Shown here piece after piece: positions 51,000 through 64,000 of a stretch of 64,000 bases of DNA. The stretch spans positions 744,001 to 808,000 of the forward strand of contig JAYWIR010000017.1 in the NCBI GenBank assembly GCA_036172245.1, written 5' to 3'. The stretch comes from Raillietiella orientalis (Eukaryota). The translations under genes were made by a program, and so were the position numbers. Numbering within the stretch: the first letter of the stretch is position 1; each line of letters starts with the position of its first letter. The notes beneath the pieces are model-generated. The model had not been told where the DNA came from. It made no database searches and worked only from the letters and a program-made list of their open reading frames with translations.

Positions 51000-52460
51000 A
51001 GACCGAGTAGTTTATTAATGAAGCAATAAAGACAAACAGGACAGCCGATGCCTAGAACCCTATTTGGTACTCGCACAAGTTTTTTCTCCTCCAACTTTTA
51101 GTCTTACTAGGAACCGTGTGTGCCCACATCTTCCACGGATACTTCAGAGGTGTGAATGAACGAAGTAGACCAGAACTCAAATGAGCGTCTTTAACAGGAC
51201 CACCAGCGAATCACACACACGCCGGCACATGAAATTGAAATACAGATTCAGGGAGAACGAGATGCAGGAGAAATTGCCAACAGGAGAATCGACTATCTAA
51301 CCAAAATCAGCTGATGAACGTTCGGCGGAAACCGAGCAGACTGTTCAGTTTATATGGCGCAGGAGGAAATCCCCAATGTAAGTATCGCTCAAGGTTTGCG
51401 TGAGACTTACATCTGGAAGGATTAGGAAAAGCGGATGATTCCTTATGGGAGAAACCTTATATGCTCACTTGGTTTCGGGTGCATAGAATCGATCTCCTCC
51501 TTATGGAGAGAGGCAATGCATGCCCTACTGGGCACATCAGTCCTTGGGCGGTGAAGTAACTCAAGAGCGCGAACCAGGATCAAAGGACGCCAAACATGCA
51601 TTCGGATGACCTCAACCACGACGTTCGAGATGAAGAAATAAATGGGATTGATGTAGGATGCACACTATGCTCACTCCAAAAGACCAAAGAGAGCTCAGAG
51701 ATAAAAAAACGGCAGAGTAGACAAAACTTCCAGCCATAGGAAAGCAGGTTGCAGTGAAGAGAGGCAGAAGGAACCAAAACGGAAGGAAAACAGCGTCAGA
51801 AGACCTTTCTCATTACTCTGCAGTTGAAAGAATTAGGGTCTTTTGGGAAGCGAACTGCTCGGAGAAGCTTCGAAAACAATTTGTCTCAATTAGTGCGAAA
51901 GTTTGCGGTTCCTCGAAATGAAACCACCCAGGATATACCAAGAGGGGAACAGGTATACACAGTGAATCGCAGCGAAATGCAGAGATTAGAGGCCGAAGAG
52001 CCTCTAATCTGCCGAAGAGCAATGAGAGCAATCAGCAATGGCATACACTCGATGAAGGATCCCTTTTTGAAAGTGGAAGGTCACTTTGTTCACACGTTCA
52101 AACCAGAAGCGCCCATCGATCCCTCGATAGACGCGAAGACGTCAAGAAGGCACGGAGGAGCAAATGAATCACCCCAGTTGATCTTACACACTTCAGGACA
52201 GGCGAGGTTGTGTTGATACCACATAAGGAGGAAAATCCCCTTTTAGGATCTGATAGAGTCTCCTGGCATGAGGGGTGGAAGTCGGTTGGCAGATATTTTT
52301 AACGCATGCCTCGGGCTTAGGAGAACTCTGATACATTGGGAGCATTCGGAAAAAAATTCGACTTTCTGGAGCACACTCGGTGTAGCTAAGAATTGCCGAG
52401 TGTGGAGTTCAACATCAGCGGGTGCCTGAATTAACCGCCTCTATGCAAAGTACCTCTCTA
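51000..52460 (+). mobile_element. Decayed NeSL/Utopia-like element, pre-RT region and RT start
   Basis: EMQRL..RRAMRAI..VEGHF in ORF 51824-52216; then GSDRVSW, LADIFNACLGLRRTLIHW and RLYAK at 52245-52450, matching PGPDR..LA.IFN.CL..R.P..W..LYAK. Confidence 0.6.
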
Positions 52461-55400
52461 GAATACTGGGATCATGGTTCCTTGACAACCAGGGATGTCA
52501 TCTGCTCTCAGTAGAAAGGAGCCTTGGAACAAAATTTCATTGTGAGAGCCAGAGCATCTCCTACCAGGACTTATGCATTGCGTCCAAGGATCCAGAAGAT
52601 GCATCCAGAACAGTCTCGTACGAGCTGTTGCATGGAACTTGCGAGTAACTGTGGAGAGTAAGACCTTCAAGAGCATCTTTAAGGATGCTTGTGCAATTGC
52701 ATAAGAGCTTGTTTAATTCAAGTCCATAAGCCATTAGGGATATTCAGGTTTGGCAAGGAGTACAGTAGGGATGTTGCAGCCAAAGTGCACTAGCAAAGGC
52801 TGGAAGTATTCAAGCAGATGGAACGGGCAGTCATTAGTAATCATAACATTCACTTACTTTTACACATTAAAAAAGGAAAAAAAATGCATTCACTTACCAA
52901 AGAGGGTGAATGACCAAAAAATACTCTGATAAGTCAACGAGATGCCGCGGCCTACCAATTTAACCGGACGAGACCGACATCCTAGCCGCTAACATTACTT
53001 CAAACTGTTAGTCTTTCCGCACCTGAAGGTACGAGATCTATCCTGGAAGATGCAGCTATCTTTCGTGGAAAAAGTTACAGATGCCGTCAACGTAGGAAGG
53101 TTTCGACATGCGTGTGTAACATCTCTTTACCAGTATTAGTGTTTTGCCGTTCTTACTCGGATGAGACCCAACGGCTTGGATGAGCCATAGTGTCTCAGTA
53201 GAATACCCGCTCTGTAGGGATCCAGCTTGATGCTGCATCGCTAACTCATGGCTCTATGACACCCTTCAAGAAAGTCTACTCATGTTTGTACTTCTGCATG
53301 CTTCTAGCATATCAGTTTCTTATCCAAACCGTGATTATCGCAGCTGGAAACTGCATGAGCTCGGCCTAATGGAAAGTTCGTCTCTAAGCATAAGGAGCCG
53401 GAAGAACCATTTGCTCATCTAGGAGGAATTTTTCTCTTATAAATCACCCCCGTCCTGAGGTCTTAGTGGACGTCCTAGTCGTGTTCTGTTTGCCATCACG
53501 TGAATAGGAATTTAGCACGCCTTGTTCCCTGCTGTGGTCCACGGAAGACTTCCTTGCTTAAAGTGACACAGCCGTGTACTTTCTGCAAGCTGCTCACTTG
53601 CCTCTCGAGGTGCCAGTTCCTTCCACTCGTGAGAAATTCTCCAGATTATTTCTGGATCTTCAGGTCCAATCCAGCCTCATTTTCGTTGCTACCTCCACGT
53701 CCTATGCTTCGGTTCTATAGAACAAATTCTGGATTCTTCCGATACATATGGCTGGAGTGCTCTAAAAGAGGATCGTACCTCTTCGCATACATTTGTTGAA
53801 AACCTGCAGACATGACGCGAAGTTCTGTATCTTCAAGATAAGGTGATGTTCCCTTTCCAGTTGCACGGATTTTCGTGAAAGATTTCGGTCTCATCAGATG
53901 TATTAACTTCTCCCTGTGATGGAAAGAGCCAATTACGAATCGCAATTCACGAAAGTTCTCAGTTTTCTCTTTCGACCCCAAGATAAGAAAGAGAACCACC
54001 AATGCCGTGTTTTGAAATGTTCTTGAGGTTCTTTCTCGACTGAGAATGCCTGGGACCTCCTAAGCCAACTGATTTTCACGTAATTGCATCTCCAGTTCAA
54101 CTACCATTCGTTCTCGTCGAGGTGGATGGAACTACCAAAAAATTTAATTGGGAAACGAACAGCATGATCCCGAGGCAGTTAGCTCAGCATGTGGAAGTAT
54201 TCCTCGTCGTGCTTCATGGACTTGTCTTCCAGCTTACCTTCGCTTTTTCTTCCCTCCATCAGCTTCTCAGCATCGTTGCTGCAGCTTGTTATGATACTCG
54301 CTACGTTCGCTCATTGCAGGAAAGTGCCACAGAAATCATCTTCCGCTGAACTGTTTGCTTGGAGGTTCGCACTCATGAAGATGTACTCTGACTTTGGAAA
54401 ACTGGTGCACATAACTTATCCATGTTATAATTCTTTATGAGATAATACCCCTCTAAATTCAATGGCATGCACATTCTAGAAGATTCTTATTGTTTATGTT
54501 CTTATGGGTCCGATGATAAGATTTAATTGTTCGGAGCTTCCCACCTACTAGTTAATTATTCTTCCACCGAACGCGCTTTGGAATGCAGTGTAATTCATAA
54601 TGCATCTGTTCAGCTTCCTTTCTTACACCCTCATAGTCATCACTTTGATGGATTTCTTATTGAGAATCTGTCTGGAAGACAGATTCTCAATTATTTTTTC
54701 AAATCTGCGCTTCATCCCCATCTGAATGAAACATTTATGAGCTACTTAATAAGAGTTTCTGTCACTACAAGCTCTGCAACAGCTCAGGTTCTCAGCTAAA
54801 GCAGTGACGCGTCTTCGAAAAGACAGGTGGTTTCTCTTTATCAGCAATAGATGTAAACAGCTCCAATGATCAGGGTTTTCCAATGGAGGTTCTCTACATG
54901 AACATAAGGGGTATAGCCCGAGAATTGATATTATCTTGATGATTTTTTGCAAGACTCCTCTCAAATAATCATATTCGTAACACTTTGTTTCCTGTTCTTA
55001 TTCGTTAAGAGCATGTACCACTTGTTCTTTGATTTGACCTGGACATCAGGTCATCTTTCAAGCTCATTTGAGTTATCTAATCAATGATACTAGATTCGGC
55101 AGAATCGATAGTCAGATTCTGACTGTAGTACATCGAGCAAGAGTTCTTGCTTTGATCTTACTCTACTCTAGCTAGGGTTTAAGGAGCGTGAAGACGCTGG
55201 ACAGAATTTATGTGTTCCAGACAGTGTTGGCTTAAGCAAAGAAGCCTTGTAACTCTAGAACATCCAACCTTAACGTGCCATTTTTACTGACATATCACGG
55301 TAACCAACTCGACGTATCTTTTTCTTTATTTGATCTTTAGCAGTAATGTCTCAGTACGTGAAGAATGAATGCTATAAGGTTGTCCATCGCAGCCATTCTT

Positions 55401-58289
55401 TGTCGAATGTATCCACTTGAACTTTCTGAATTACGGGCTTTCCTTCTCAAAAAGGGACAGCATTCCTCCAAGCAAACTCTAATCCTTTTACTGTTCTAGA
55501 GACACACAATGAGACTGGGATCTTTCCTTTTTTATATTTTTATTGTGGAATGATAGTTAAAGTAATACATCTTCTATCAGTTATAAAGCTTTACTGTTGG
55601 CATTTTATGAACTACCCATTCTTTCCTTATCTCTAAATTAGAAGACTTTTTTTTTCTTTTTTTTAAAGATTCAGAGTAGCCATTCGTTTTTAAATTCCTG
55701 GATTTCTTTGCATTCTTAAAATCCATAGCTTCGAAAATAATTTCTGGAAGCTGCTTTTGCTTTCGCAAAAGGAGGAATACAAATAAACACGATTTCCAAG
55801 AGCAGACTCCACATGCATCGATGTATGCACACTTGACAACGGTTGCTTAACTCTGTTCAACTAATTCACTTTTCCTCACAACTTATTTCGTGTCGTTTTG
55901 CGTTAGTCGGAAAACTTCGAGATTCGCTAAGGGATACGCCACGTCTCGTTATTTTTGCGAACGCAAGCACTCCGGTGATTTGTGAAACCTGTGATTGCTC
56001 CAGGGATTCGAGAATCTCTGGTGTAAGGGAAGGAAAACACTGAAAACCATAACGGTAGGTTTGATAAACTCTTTTGATTCTTATTAAGTGTTCAAAGCTG
56101 ATTCTTTCGAGATTCCTATTGGCCAACACTCCTATCAGGATCTTTTCAGAATCGAATCTTCTCTTGCAAATCGAATCATCATCACTTAGAGGCTGGCTTA
56201 CCGGGAATTAAGAAAATCCAATCCCCAATTTCTAATTCGACTGCTACGAGATCAGTTATTAAAAGCAGTTGTTGATTTCATGACTTTCCGTGGGCATTTG
56301 CACTTTGAATCCATACTTGGGCAGTCTCAGATTGTTCTGACGTGCACTTCTACGTAATTTCTCCCAGAAATGCGTGAATTTATCCAATACATTCATTTGA
56401 TCATGAGAGTGAGTTCAATAGGAACTGGGGTTATCCGACTTCGAAGGTGACCGGGTTGTACGAAAATCCAAGCGAGGTTCTTTGAATCCGTGTTGATGCA
56501 GAGTGAATGCATATGGCACGATATATCTCGAGGTTCACCAGTTTTATGCCGCTCATTTGTGCCGGTAAGCATCACGACTTTTACACGATCTTCAGAATCG
56601 ACACTGCTTCCTGTTAACCACAAGAGGTGCCATGCAACTGGATGCTTTCGGTCAATACGGGTGATCTGCTTTCCTCGTGCGCAATTGCTTATCTGTGTTG
56701 CCGACCATTTTCCCAAGATTTCCTGTTTTTTCTCCAAAAATCCACCTAATTGAGCGCCAACTCCCTGAAACAGACTTTGATTTTTTTTTTTGGCTCAGGT
56801 TTCTCGCGAGCAGCATGCCTTCGTCGGATGCTCATCGATGGGACCTGCAACCAGTCATCTTCAAAAATCCAACGTGTCCCTGAGATGAACGCACACGGCG
56901 AACGTGTATTAAGCAAACACATGCCTAGGGTTGTCTGTCAAGAAACGGATGGAGGCATCGTCCAAACAAGAGTCCCGATTCTCTCTTATGCTGTGTAGCG
57001 CACTTTGAAAATCAGAAGCAACTTCCAGCCCTTGATCTCATACGTGAGTTCTTCCGCTCCAGCATTTGTTCGGATGCTCAAGGATTACTTGGTGGAGGTA
57101 AAAGGCAGGCAAACAGCAGGCAAAGGAGCGGTAATTCAAAACCATCTTTCGAGTGTCAATTTCCGAAAATGAACTCCAAGGAAGTCGTCTTCTCGTTTAA
57201 AGTCAGATTAAGCGCTGCATTGAGGTGATATGATGAGAATCACGGTAATTCTTGTTGAGAGAAAGATCGTTCAGGAGAAGTGAGCAGAATCATCTGGAGG
57301 TTTTCCACTCATTTTCTAATAGAATTCTCAGCTGCCATACAATTCAAATGAAATTGAAATGACTTCCTGGAAAATGGACTCTATCTCAGACGATCGCTGA
57401 TTACTTCATTCTTGCTTCAAAGTTTCCTTTTCAGAAATAGGCATCTTGGGAGGCGCATCCATTGCTAAGGTAACGAAAATCATTCGCTGCACTTATTTTT
57501 GTTTTGTTTCGCGAATCAAGAGCTGTGGAGCTACGGCTTGATTTCAACCCGCCATCTGAAGAGCGCTGCAGCGCGCATGCATAAGATGGAGATGTCAAAG
57601 AAAATACTTTCCGAGAACCAGCTTCACAAAAAAAAGAAAGGATAACGAAATGATGAAGAAGTTTCTGAGCCCAGGTACAAGAAATTCCATTTGTTCTTTT
57701 ACAAGGATCGTTCAAAACATGGTAACAACAAAGTTCTTCCCATGAAGGAGATAACACGACAGCCTCCCGTGGAGAGCCATGCTTTTGGTATTCCCGGTCA
57801 CAGGAGCTTTCCAAACAGAAACACTGAATACGAGTGGATCTTCGTCTTGCAAAAATTCAGTATCCCCGTGAACTGCATCATTAAAAGGAAATTCGAGAGA
57901 CTTGTAAGCGACGCTGTGATGTGCAAACCTTTGCCCCGAAAGTGCTGATGCACTTCGATCCTGCGGGAAAACTCGAACTTGTTCAGATAGCCTCTTTCAA
58001 AGCAACCCAGAGGTAAGCTGATCATGTTTACGAGAACGTGGCTCTTTCATGCATCGTTTCTCCGTATCCCAATTTTCAAGATGATGATTTTAGATATATA
58101 TTTTTTTCAAATTCCCATTCTCATTTTTGGATTAAGAACGTTTGAAATCCCATATCGGCATAAAGAAAAAACTATTTGGGTCACACATGCATCTCATTCT
58201 TGAGTTCAGATGAACTCATTTTTGGACGCTCGACAAGTCATAATCACGCGATTCGATATGCTCGAAACTCTAAATAAAGTTATTGAAAC

Positions 58290-59680
58290 AAATAGAGTTC
58301 CTGGAGCCAGCATTCGCAAATTGCTCCAATGGACCCCTCCCTATTCACACAGGGCAGAGACAGATTGCTGTCGTCGAGAAAGATGCACGAAATGCCATGG
58401 AAGGGAAACCCTTTCCCATTCTTCCTTTCCGAGGGTTCGCTGCCATTCCCCATGGCTCTAGCCACCGGCCCCTGTTTCCGACCACCTCCTAGAATCCGTG
58501 AGTCGGACGCTGGAGGAGCCCCGCTTTCCCGTTGCCGAGTGTACCGAAGTCTCATCCCTCATTGCAGTCGGGTGCTCTTGATTTTTTGCTTACCGAGAGC
58601 CAATCTTTCGTCTCGCTGGCTCCGCGGATCCAATAGGATTTAAGGCCGTTTCGAAAAATTTTGCAATTTGTCAACGAAGCGTGCGTTCGCTCAAAGTCAA
58701 TTCGAGTTTAATTTATGGAATTCAAACTACAATTACAAATGAAACATTCAATTAGATCCCCAAACAGACCGAGATGGAAAAATCGCCCGAGCGGAAACGC
58801 GACCTGTTAAGCCGAGCACGAAGAGATGTTCCATTCAGTAACAGCAATGCCGTGACTTTGACTTTTCGTATTCGAGTTGCAGTTCCTCTGAATGGAACTC
58901 CATAACAAACTGGGAGACCATTGCAACGCGCGGAAGAGGAAACCCAAGGAAAAGATGAAACGAGTTTACTTCGGGTGCGCACATGCAGGCATCCCAGGGC
59001 AGTCGTAGGGAATGCTCGTTGGATAAACGATATTATTTACTTATTACGGTGGGCATCGTTAGTTACCTATTTAAATAGCCAAGCATCACCGCGTCTTTCG
59101 ACCGCATAGGAGATATCGAACATAAGCGAACATCAAATCGAAACTGTTCGATTCATAAGGAAAACTATGGGATTCCCGGCAGCTGACCGAGAGAAAAATT
59201 CGATGAAAGGTAACTCCATGAATGATTCGGCTCATCGGATTGTTAAATATTATTTAGTTGAGTAAGTTCACAGGGTGATGAAAGCTCAAGATTCCACATA
59301 AGAACTGGATACATCTCAGGCAGTCGAAAGCACCGACAGTCCCTCCTGACAGCCTGTCGTTTGGAAAGCCATCTGGAACTTTTGAAGGTGTTCCTTATAC
59401 ATCTTGAATACTCACTTGAAGACGGTGGTAATCAACAGTCAGACATTACGGAAGCACTGGGTGCTCCTGGAGAGTTTTTAAGCCAGCTCTTCTTGCGAGA
59501 TAAACATATGTCGTTTGTTTGTAGCAAGGTCCTTTCACCTGATCTCCCTAGAATCTCAGTTCTGCAAGCTTTCCTCCAGTTTTCCTTCATCTTCCTCGAG
59601 CCGAGATTACCTGCATTTTTCATCAGATTCAAGCCTTCAGCTTTCTTTAATCAATGCACCCACTTCCCTCAATAGAGTCA
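58290..59680 (-). mobile_element. Patchy, highly decayed retrotransposon-like remnants
   Basis: LCPV zinc-finger-like remnant at about 58350 and NSPGAP/VPDGF remnants at 59360-59480; weak. Confidence 0.25.
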
Positions 59681-62600
59681 TTTCATCCTTGGGTCTCAAT
59701 GTCTTCTTTTCTTTTCCTCAAATATAGTGGATGGAATGCTTGATAAACTAAATTACTCCACGATCATTTTTTAATTTGTATGTGCTCTGCTTCAAACCAG
59801 CTAATCCATCTGTCCGTGCTCTTTGCAGGAACACTCACAGGTAATTACTTGGAAGAGAATAAGAGTTGAGCGAAGCAATGCAATCCTCACGCTCTCCGAA
59901 GAGTGCAACTCCGGAGCCGGCACAATACAATCACGGACATTCTGTCGAAAAACCTTGGAGAATATCAACTGCATGTCAATGAGCCCATGGTAATTAGAAA
60001 AGCAAGTTTCCATAGGATGGTTGAAGCGTTTTCTTCTCTAACACGTGCAAAGTGATTGTGTTCTCAAGCAGAATTGAGTTTGGTGAGAAAGATGCTGGAG
60101 AGGAGGAAGAGCCATACTCAAATTCAAAAACGCGAACTAAGTTTTGCAAAAATCCTAAGCATCGAGGGTGCCGGAAGCTGGGAACTCGGATTTCAATTAG
60201 GAACATGCTTTTGCTTCCTCATAGCTTGATTAAGTGCACGTTTTTTGCTTCCCCCTTTTGATCCCCAGTTTCCCAGACCAGTTTGGTAAGCACGAAAACT
60301 TTGATTCAGTGCCGATTTCTGATCAAGTAATGAGCATATGATAGTAAGCAAGCAAAGCGAGAGATTCTTCTAGTAAAGTGTAACGACATTAAATGCAGCT
60401 GCTGCGTCTCTATTATGGCTCTCGGTAAATAGAATGGGATGTACATCCTGATTTCAGAGACATCCTGTTTGGAAGCAAACTGCATGCAACAGCGTGTGAT
60501 TGATGTTCATTACCTGCTTCTTTTTCTTTCTTCCCTCCCCCTCCCCTCCACAGAACAAGCATTTTTTGGAACTATTCTGTTTGGAGGAATTCACTTGTAT
60601 GTAATGTTGGAAGAGATACGTAATCAATTCCGTTTTTAATAACATGGATGGATAGTTGTGTTTCTGAATTCAAACGGAGCTTTTCGCGGATTCGATGGTC
60701 TACGAAGTGGGTTGTCGCACCGAACGTTTGCTCGATGCTCTTAAATACGACATGTACCATTTCCTTTCCATTTTCCACGGGAGAAAATCGACGATTCTGC
60801 GTCCCGCTCTGCATGATGTCCCTCTTTTCATGATAAGCAAAGGATGCATGCATCTCCAAGCCATGCTTTCTATTTCTGAAGTAGCTCAAGACCATCCTTA
60901 GCATGCATGGATGCAGCCTATGCAGCACTAATGAATTTTATTTCGTATACGTTTTCTGAATCACTACGCATCCTCGTCTCAGGTATTCTTTTTCACTTTA
61001 CGAAACAGCCAATGGATATGATGGGGTTTCTCTGGTTTTCTATTTACATAAACGGACACGGTTAATTACTGTATGAGTGTTTTTATCACGATTACGTTAT
61101 TGCAGCTGGAACAATTCAGCCTCTTAGCAATACTCATGAGATATGTGTAATGACGGGGAAGCGGATTTTTGATCTCGGTACCTGGTGAGTGAGGAAGATG
61201 TGGAAAATCTTCGAAGGTAAGCTGCTGCATCTTGAGGTATTATCAGATCGGGAGATGCGCTACCATTTTTCAAAACACGTATGGAAAGAAAGCTCTTCCG
61301 GCGAACGCATTTGATTTTCCTAGACATGGGATGTGAGCGAATTTTTTTGCAGGGGAAACCAAACTCGTTGTGAGTCGCTGAAGGTCCTTTGCATTCTTTC
61401 ACCTCGATATTGACCAACTAAGCAGAATAGAAAGGAAAAACACGTTACCGCAACCAAACTCAAGGTATCTAGAAGCACAGTTGCCAGTGATAGCTGGCAT
61501 GTACCCACTTGAGGATTGCATGCCAAAGGTATAAACGAATATGCCCACAGGTGCAAGAGCGTGAATACAAATACATGTAGAGAAGCGCTGTACCCAGTAA
61601 TTGTGCTGCAAAGGTGTAATTTTATGAGGAGATTTTCCAAATTGTTGATGGTGGAAATACTGAAGCGATTCCTGAAGTTTGGCTCTGGAAATTCAACAGG
61701 AACGGCTTCTGGTAAAGGAACATTTTAGTAAGAGCCAATTATGAAGAGACAACGAGGGAATACAGCACGCTCCAAAAAGAGGTAAGAACAGCAAAACTGA
61801 ATGAAGAGAGGAGAAAGAAAAGCAATCAGAGTAAACGAATTAAATCGTTGAATCCCGTAACCAGTCATGCCTATTGATTACAAAAAGAGTGCTGTTTGCA
61901 GTCATTCCTTGCGAAGATCCGAGTCGAAGGAAGAATAAGCAGCAAGCAGCCATAACCAAAATGAATTTTCATGCTCCATCAGATTCTGGAGTCATTTACG
62001 ATTTGAAATAAATATGATCTTAGTAGCTGGCTTAAGGAGCTCATCTTCTGATTTTTTTTTTTTTTTTATTGCATTCCTGGGTTTTACACACGTCGATACA
62101 GATGGACGTTCTGTCGGCGAGACGAAGATTCAATAAACGATCTTAATTTGTCCGAATTGGCATTCCATCGCTCATCTCTTCAAAAGTTCCAAGTCCTGCG
62201 AACGCATCTATCGATCCTTGATTCTAGATCCTCTTCAAGCTTTCCGATCCGTCGGAAAGCATCGAGATTCCTCTTAATGCAGTTTTATCACGCAAGCACA
62301 GCAAACGCGTACATGAATCCGAAGTATACAAATCCGAGCGTAGACTCCTTGGGTTGCCTTTGGAAATGCACATGTGAATGTACATTCATCCTGGACAACA
62401 ATTAGCACAGATGTGTGAATCATTTCCATCCCAGACAGAATTGCGGACCGAGACTGGCAGAGTCTGTGCGTAGAAATTAAAATGCAAATCTGCCGTGAGA
62501 GGGTTCACGTCGACTTGAAATGTACCACGTTTGCTCCATCAACTCACACCCTCTTCTTCAACATTTGGATTCTCCTATCAATGGACAGGAACATTTTTTG

Positions 62601-64000
62601 GTACAGCACCACGCAATCTACCACAAACTCCCTTCGTGAGCAAGGAGGAGGAGGAGGGGAGTAGAAATTACTTTGCTGTTTCATTGTGAGCATCACAGAC
62701 ACAAGCACAGGTGACAGCGAACAGCTAGGAAGAAAAAGATGGAGGATGCACTTGCCGCTATCTATACGTGGAAAAATTAACTAAAGAAAAAAGCCTGTCG
62801 TTCGAAAAATCAAGTTGTGAGAGCAATCACTTATTTCTCGATTCTGTTTGAGTCAGGCAGAATTGTTAATTATTCATTTTGGACTAATTTTTCAACCGGT
62901 TTTTCCCTTCAATCCAGCGCTTCCTGCGCGTTATCTTGAATGGAACCTTGGAAAATAGTCTCGGATTCCCAGCAACTGATGAACACAACTGATCCATAGA
63001 GTTCGTAGTGGTGTAGCAGATTCGTTGTGGAGCCATGGGCAAAGAGACGTTTCTACGTGTTCCGACGCATTCAATTCTCACTCGAAAGCATTCCGGAGTC
63101 ATGGCCATTGCGCGCTAAGGATGCAGGAGACATGAGAATTGTGAACCGGAGGAGGAGCCCCGAGACTTTCCATTTGCGGTACGGGGAGCCGAAGCAAGTA
63201 GGTTCATCCCATGCAGCAGGCCTTAGCAGACCTGCGTGGAGCACAGGAGTCCACGTGCTATTCTTAGCAGCCTCCTGAGGAGTGGTCGTAGCGGGAACAG
63301 GCATACGCAAAGTGGTTTCACTCATTGATTCCTTTTGATATACTCAGGAGGAAAAGTAGACATCCTGGTAAAGGCGTCTGGAAATCTTCGATGCTCAAGG
63401 ATCATGGACTTCAAGAGTTTTCAAACGAGATATTGATATTGTTCCACAGTCCTCTGCTGTTAATACTGGAATTAGAGATAACCGGCTGCGGTACAAAAAA
63501 AGCTTCTGGGTGTGGTCAGCACACTCAGGGTCATGTAAAGAAAGCGGGCTACAACTGCGGAGGGAGGAAAGAAAAAAAAAAAACAAAAACGAAATCGCTT
63601 GTCGATAAAAAAGAAAAAAAAAACTTTGTCGAGTACGTGTCTCAAGACTCGGCAGAGCAACGAGTTGAGAGATCTTTATTCCTTCTTTAGGAATTATTGT
63701 GAATCCCTCGTCGCCATTGGTGATTGCAATAAGTTTCACTGACCTTCACTCTCATTACATCGCGGAGCTGAAATTAAACCGTATTGAGGACTGATGCTTC
63801 CCCAAAGCTTCGGACAAAAGGAAATTCCATGGTGAGCAACAAGGAGTCATCAGTCTTGGACCTAAAGTGACAAAAATCATGGAGAAAGTTTGTGTGGTTA
63901 ATGAGGATAGGCCTACTCTCTGGCTTGTCTTGGATGGGTTCGGCTATCGATGAAGGTTGGACCATGGCGGAGGTAAAGATAGGCAGGTATTTCACAACTG

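Noticed and set aside
51305..51350. CTGATGA...GAAA hammerhead-like core
   Set aside because: Stems I-III cannot be paired convincingly.
1..64000. Prokaryotic systems (CRISPR array, operons, defence islands)
   Set aside because: Spliced metazoan genes throughout; no regularly spaced repeats or bacterial-type ORF clusters.

Overview
Eukaryotic (invertebrate, probably arthropod) genomic DNA; nothing prokaryotic is visible. Positions 4.3-27.6 kb hold four compact housekeeping genes with very short introns (mostly 38-51 nt): DmX-like/rabconnectin-3 alpha (+, 21 coding exons, about 2770 aa), intronless syntaxin-18 (-), hnRNP K (+) and CRTC/TORC (-). The flanks (1-2.4 kb and about 29-64 kb) have no recognisable cellular gene and contain several decayed non-LTR retrotransposon fragments of the RLE-type NeSL/Utopia group. 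The most striking signal is at about 39.0-40.7 kb, where a Utopia-like 3' end is followed at once by 21 nt of U2 snRNA sequence, the known Utopia target. A degenerate copy of the adjoining 5' part of U2 lies about 1 kb downstream and ends at the same site. Other points worth checking are a GC-AG intron, candidate regulatory splicing in hnRNP K, a probable 1-nt frameshift or weak donor in CRTC, and a CpG contrast suggesting gene-body methylation. All homology calls come from motif recognition by eye; no searches were run, and TE boundaries are approximate.
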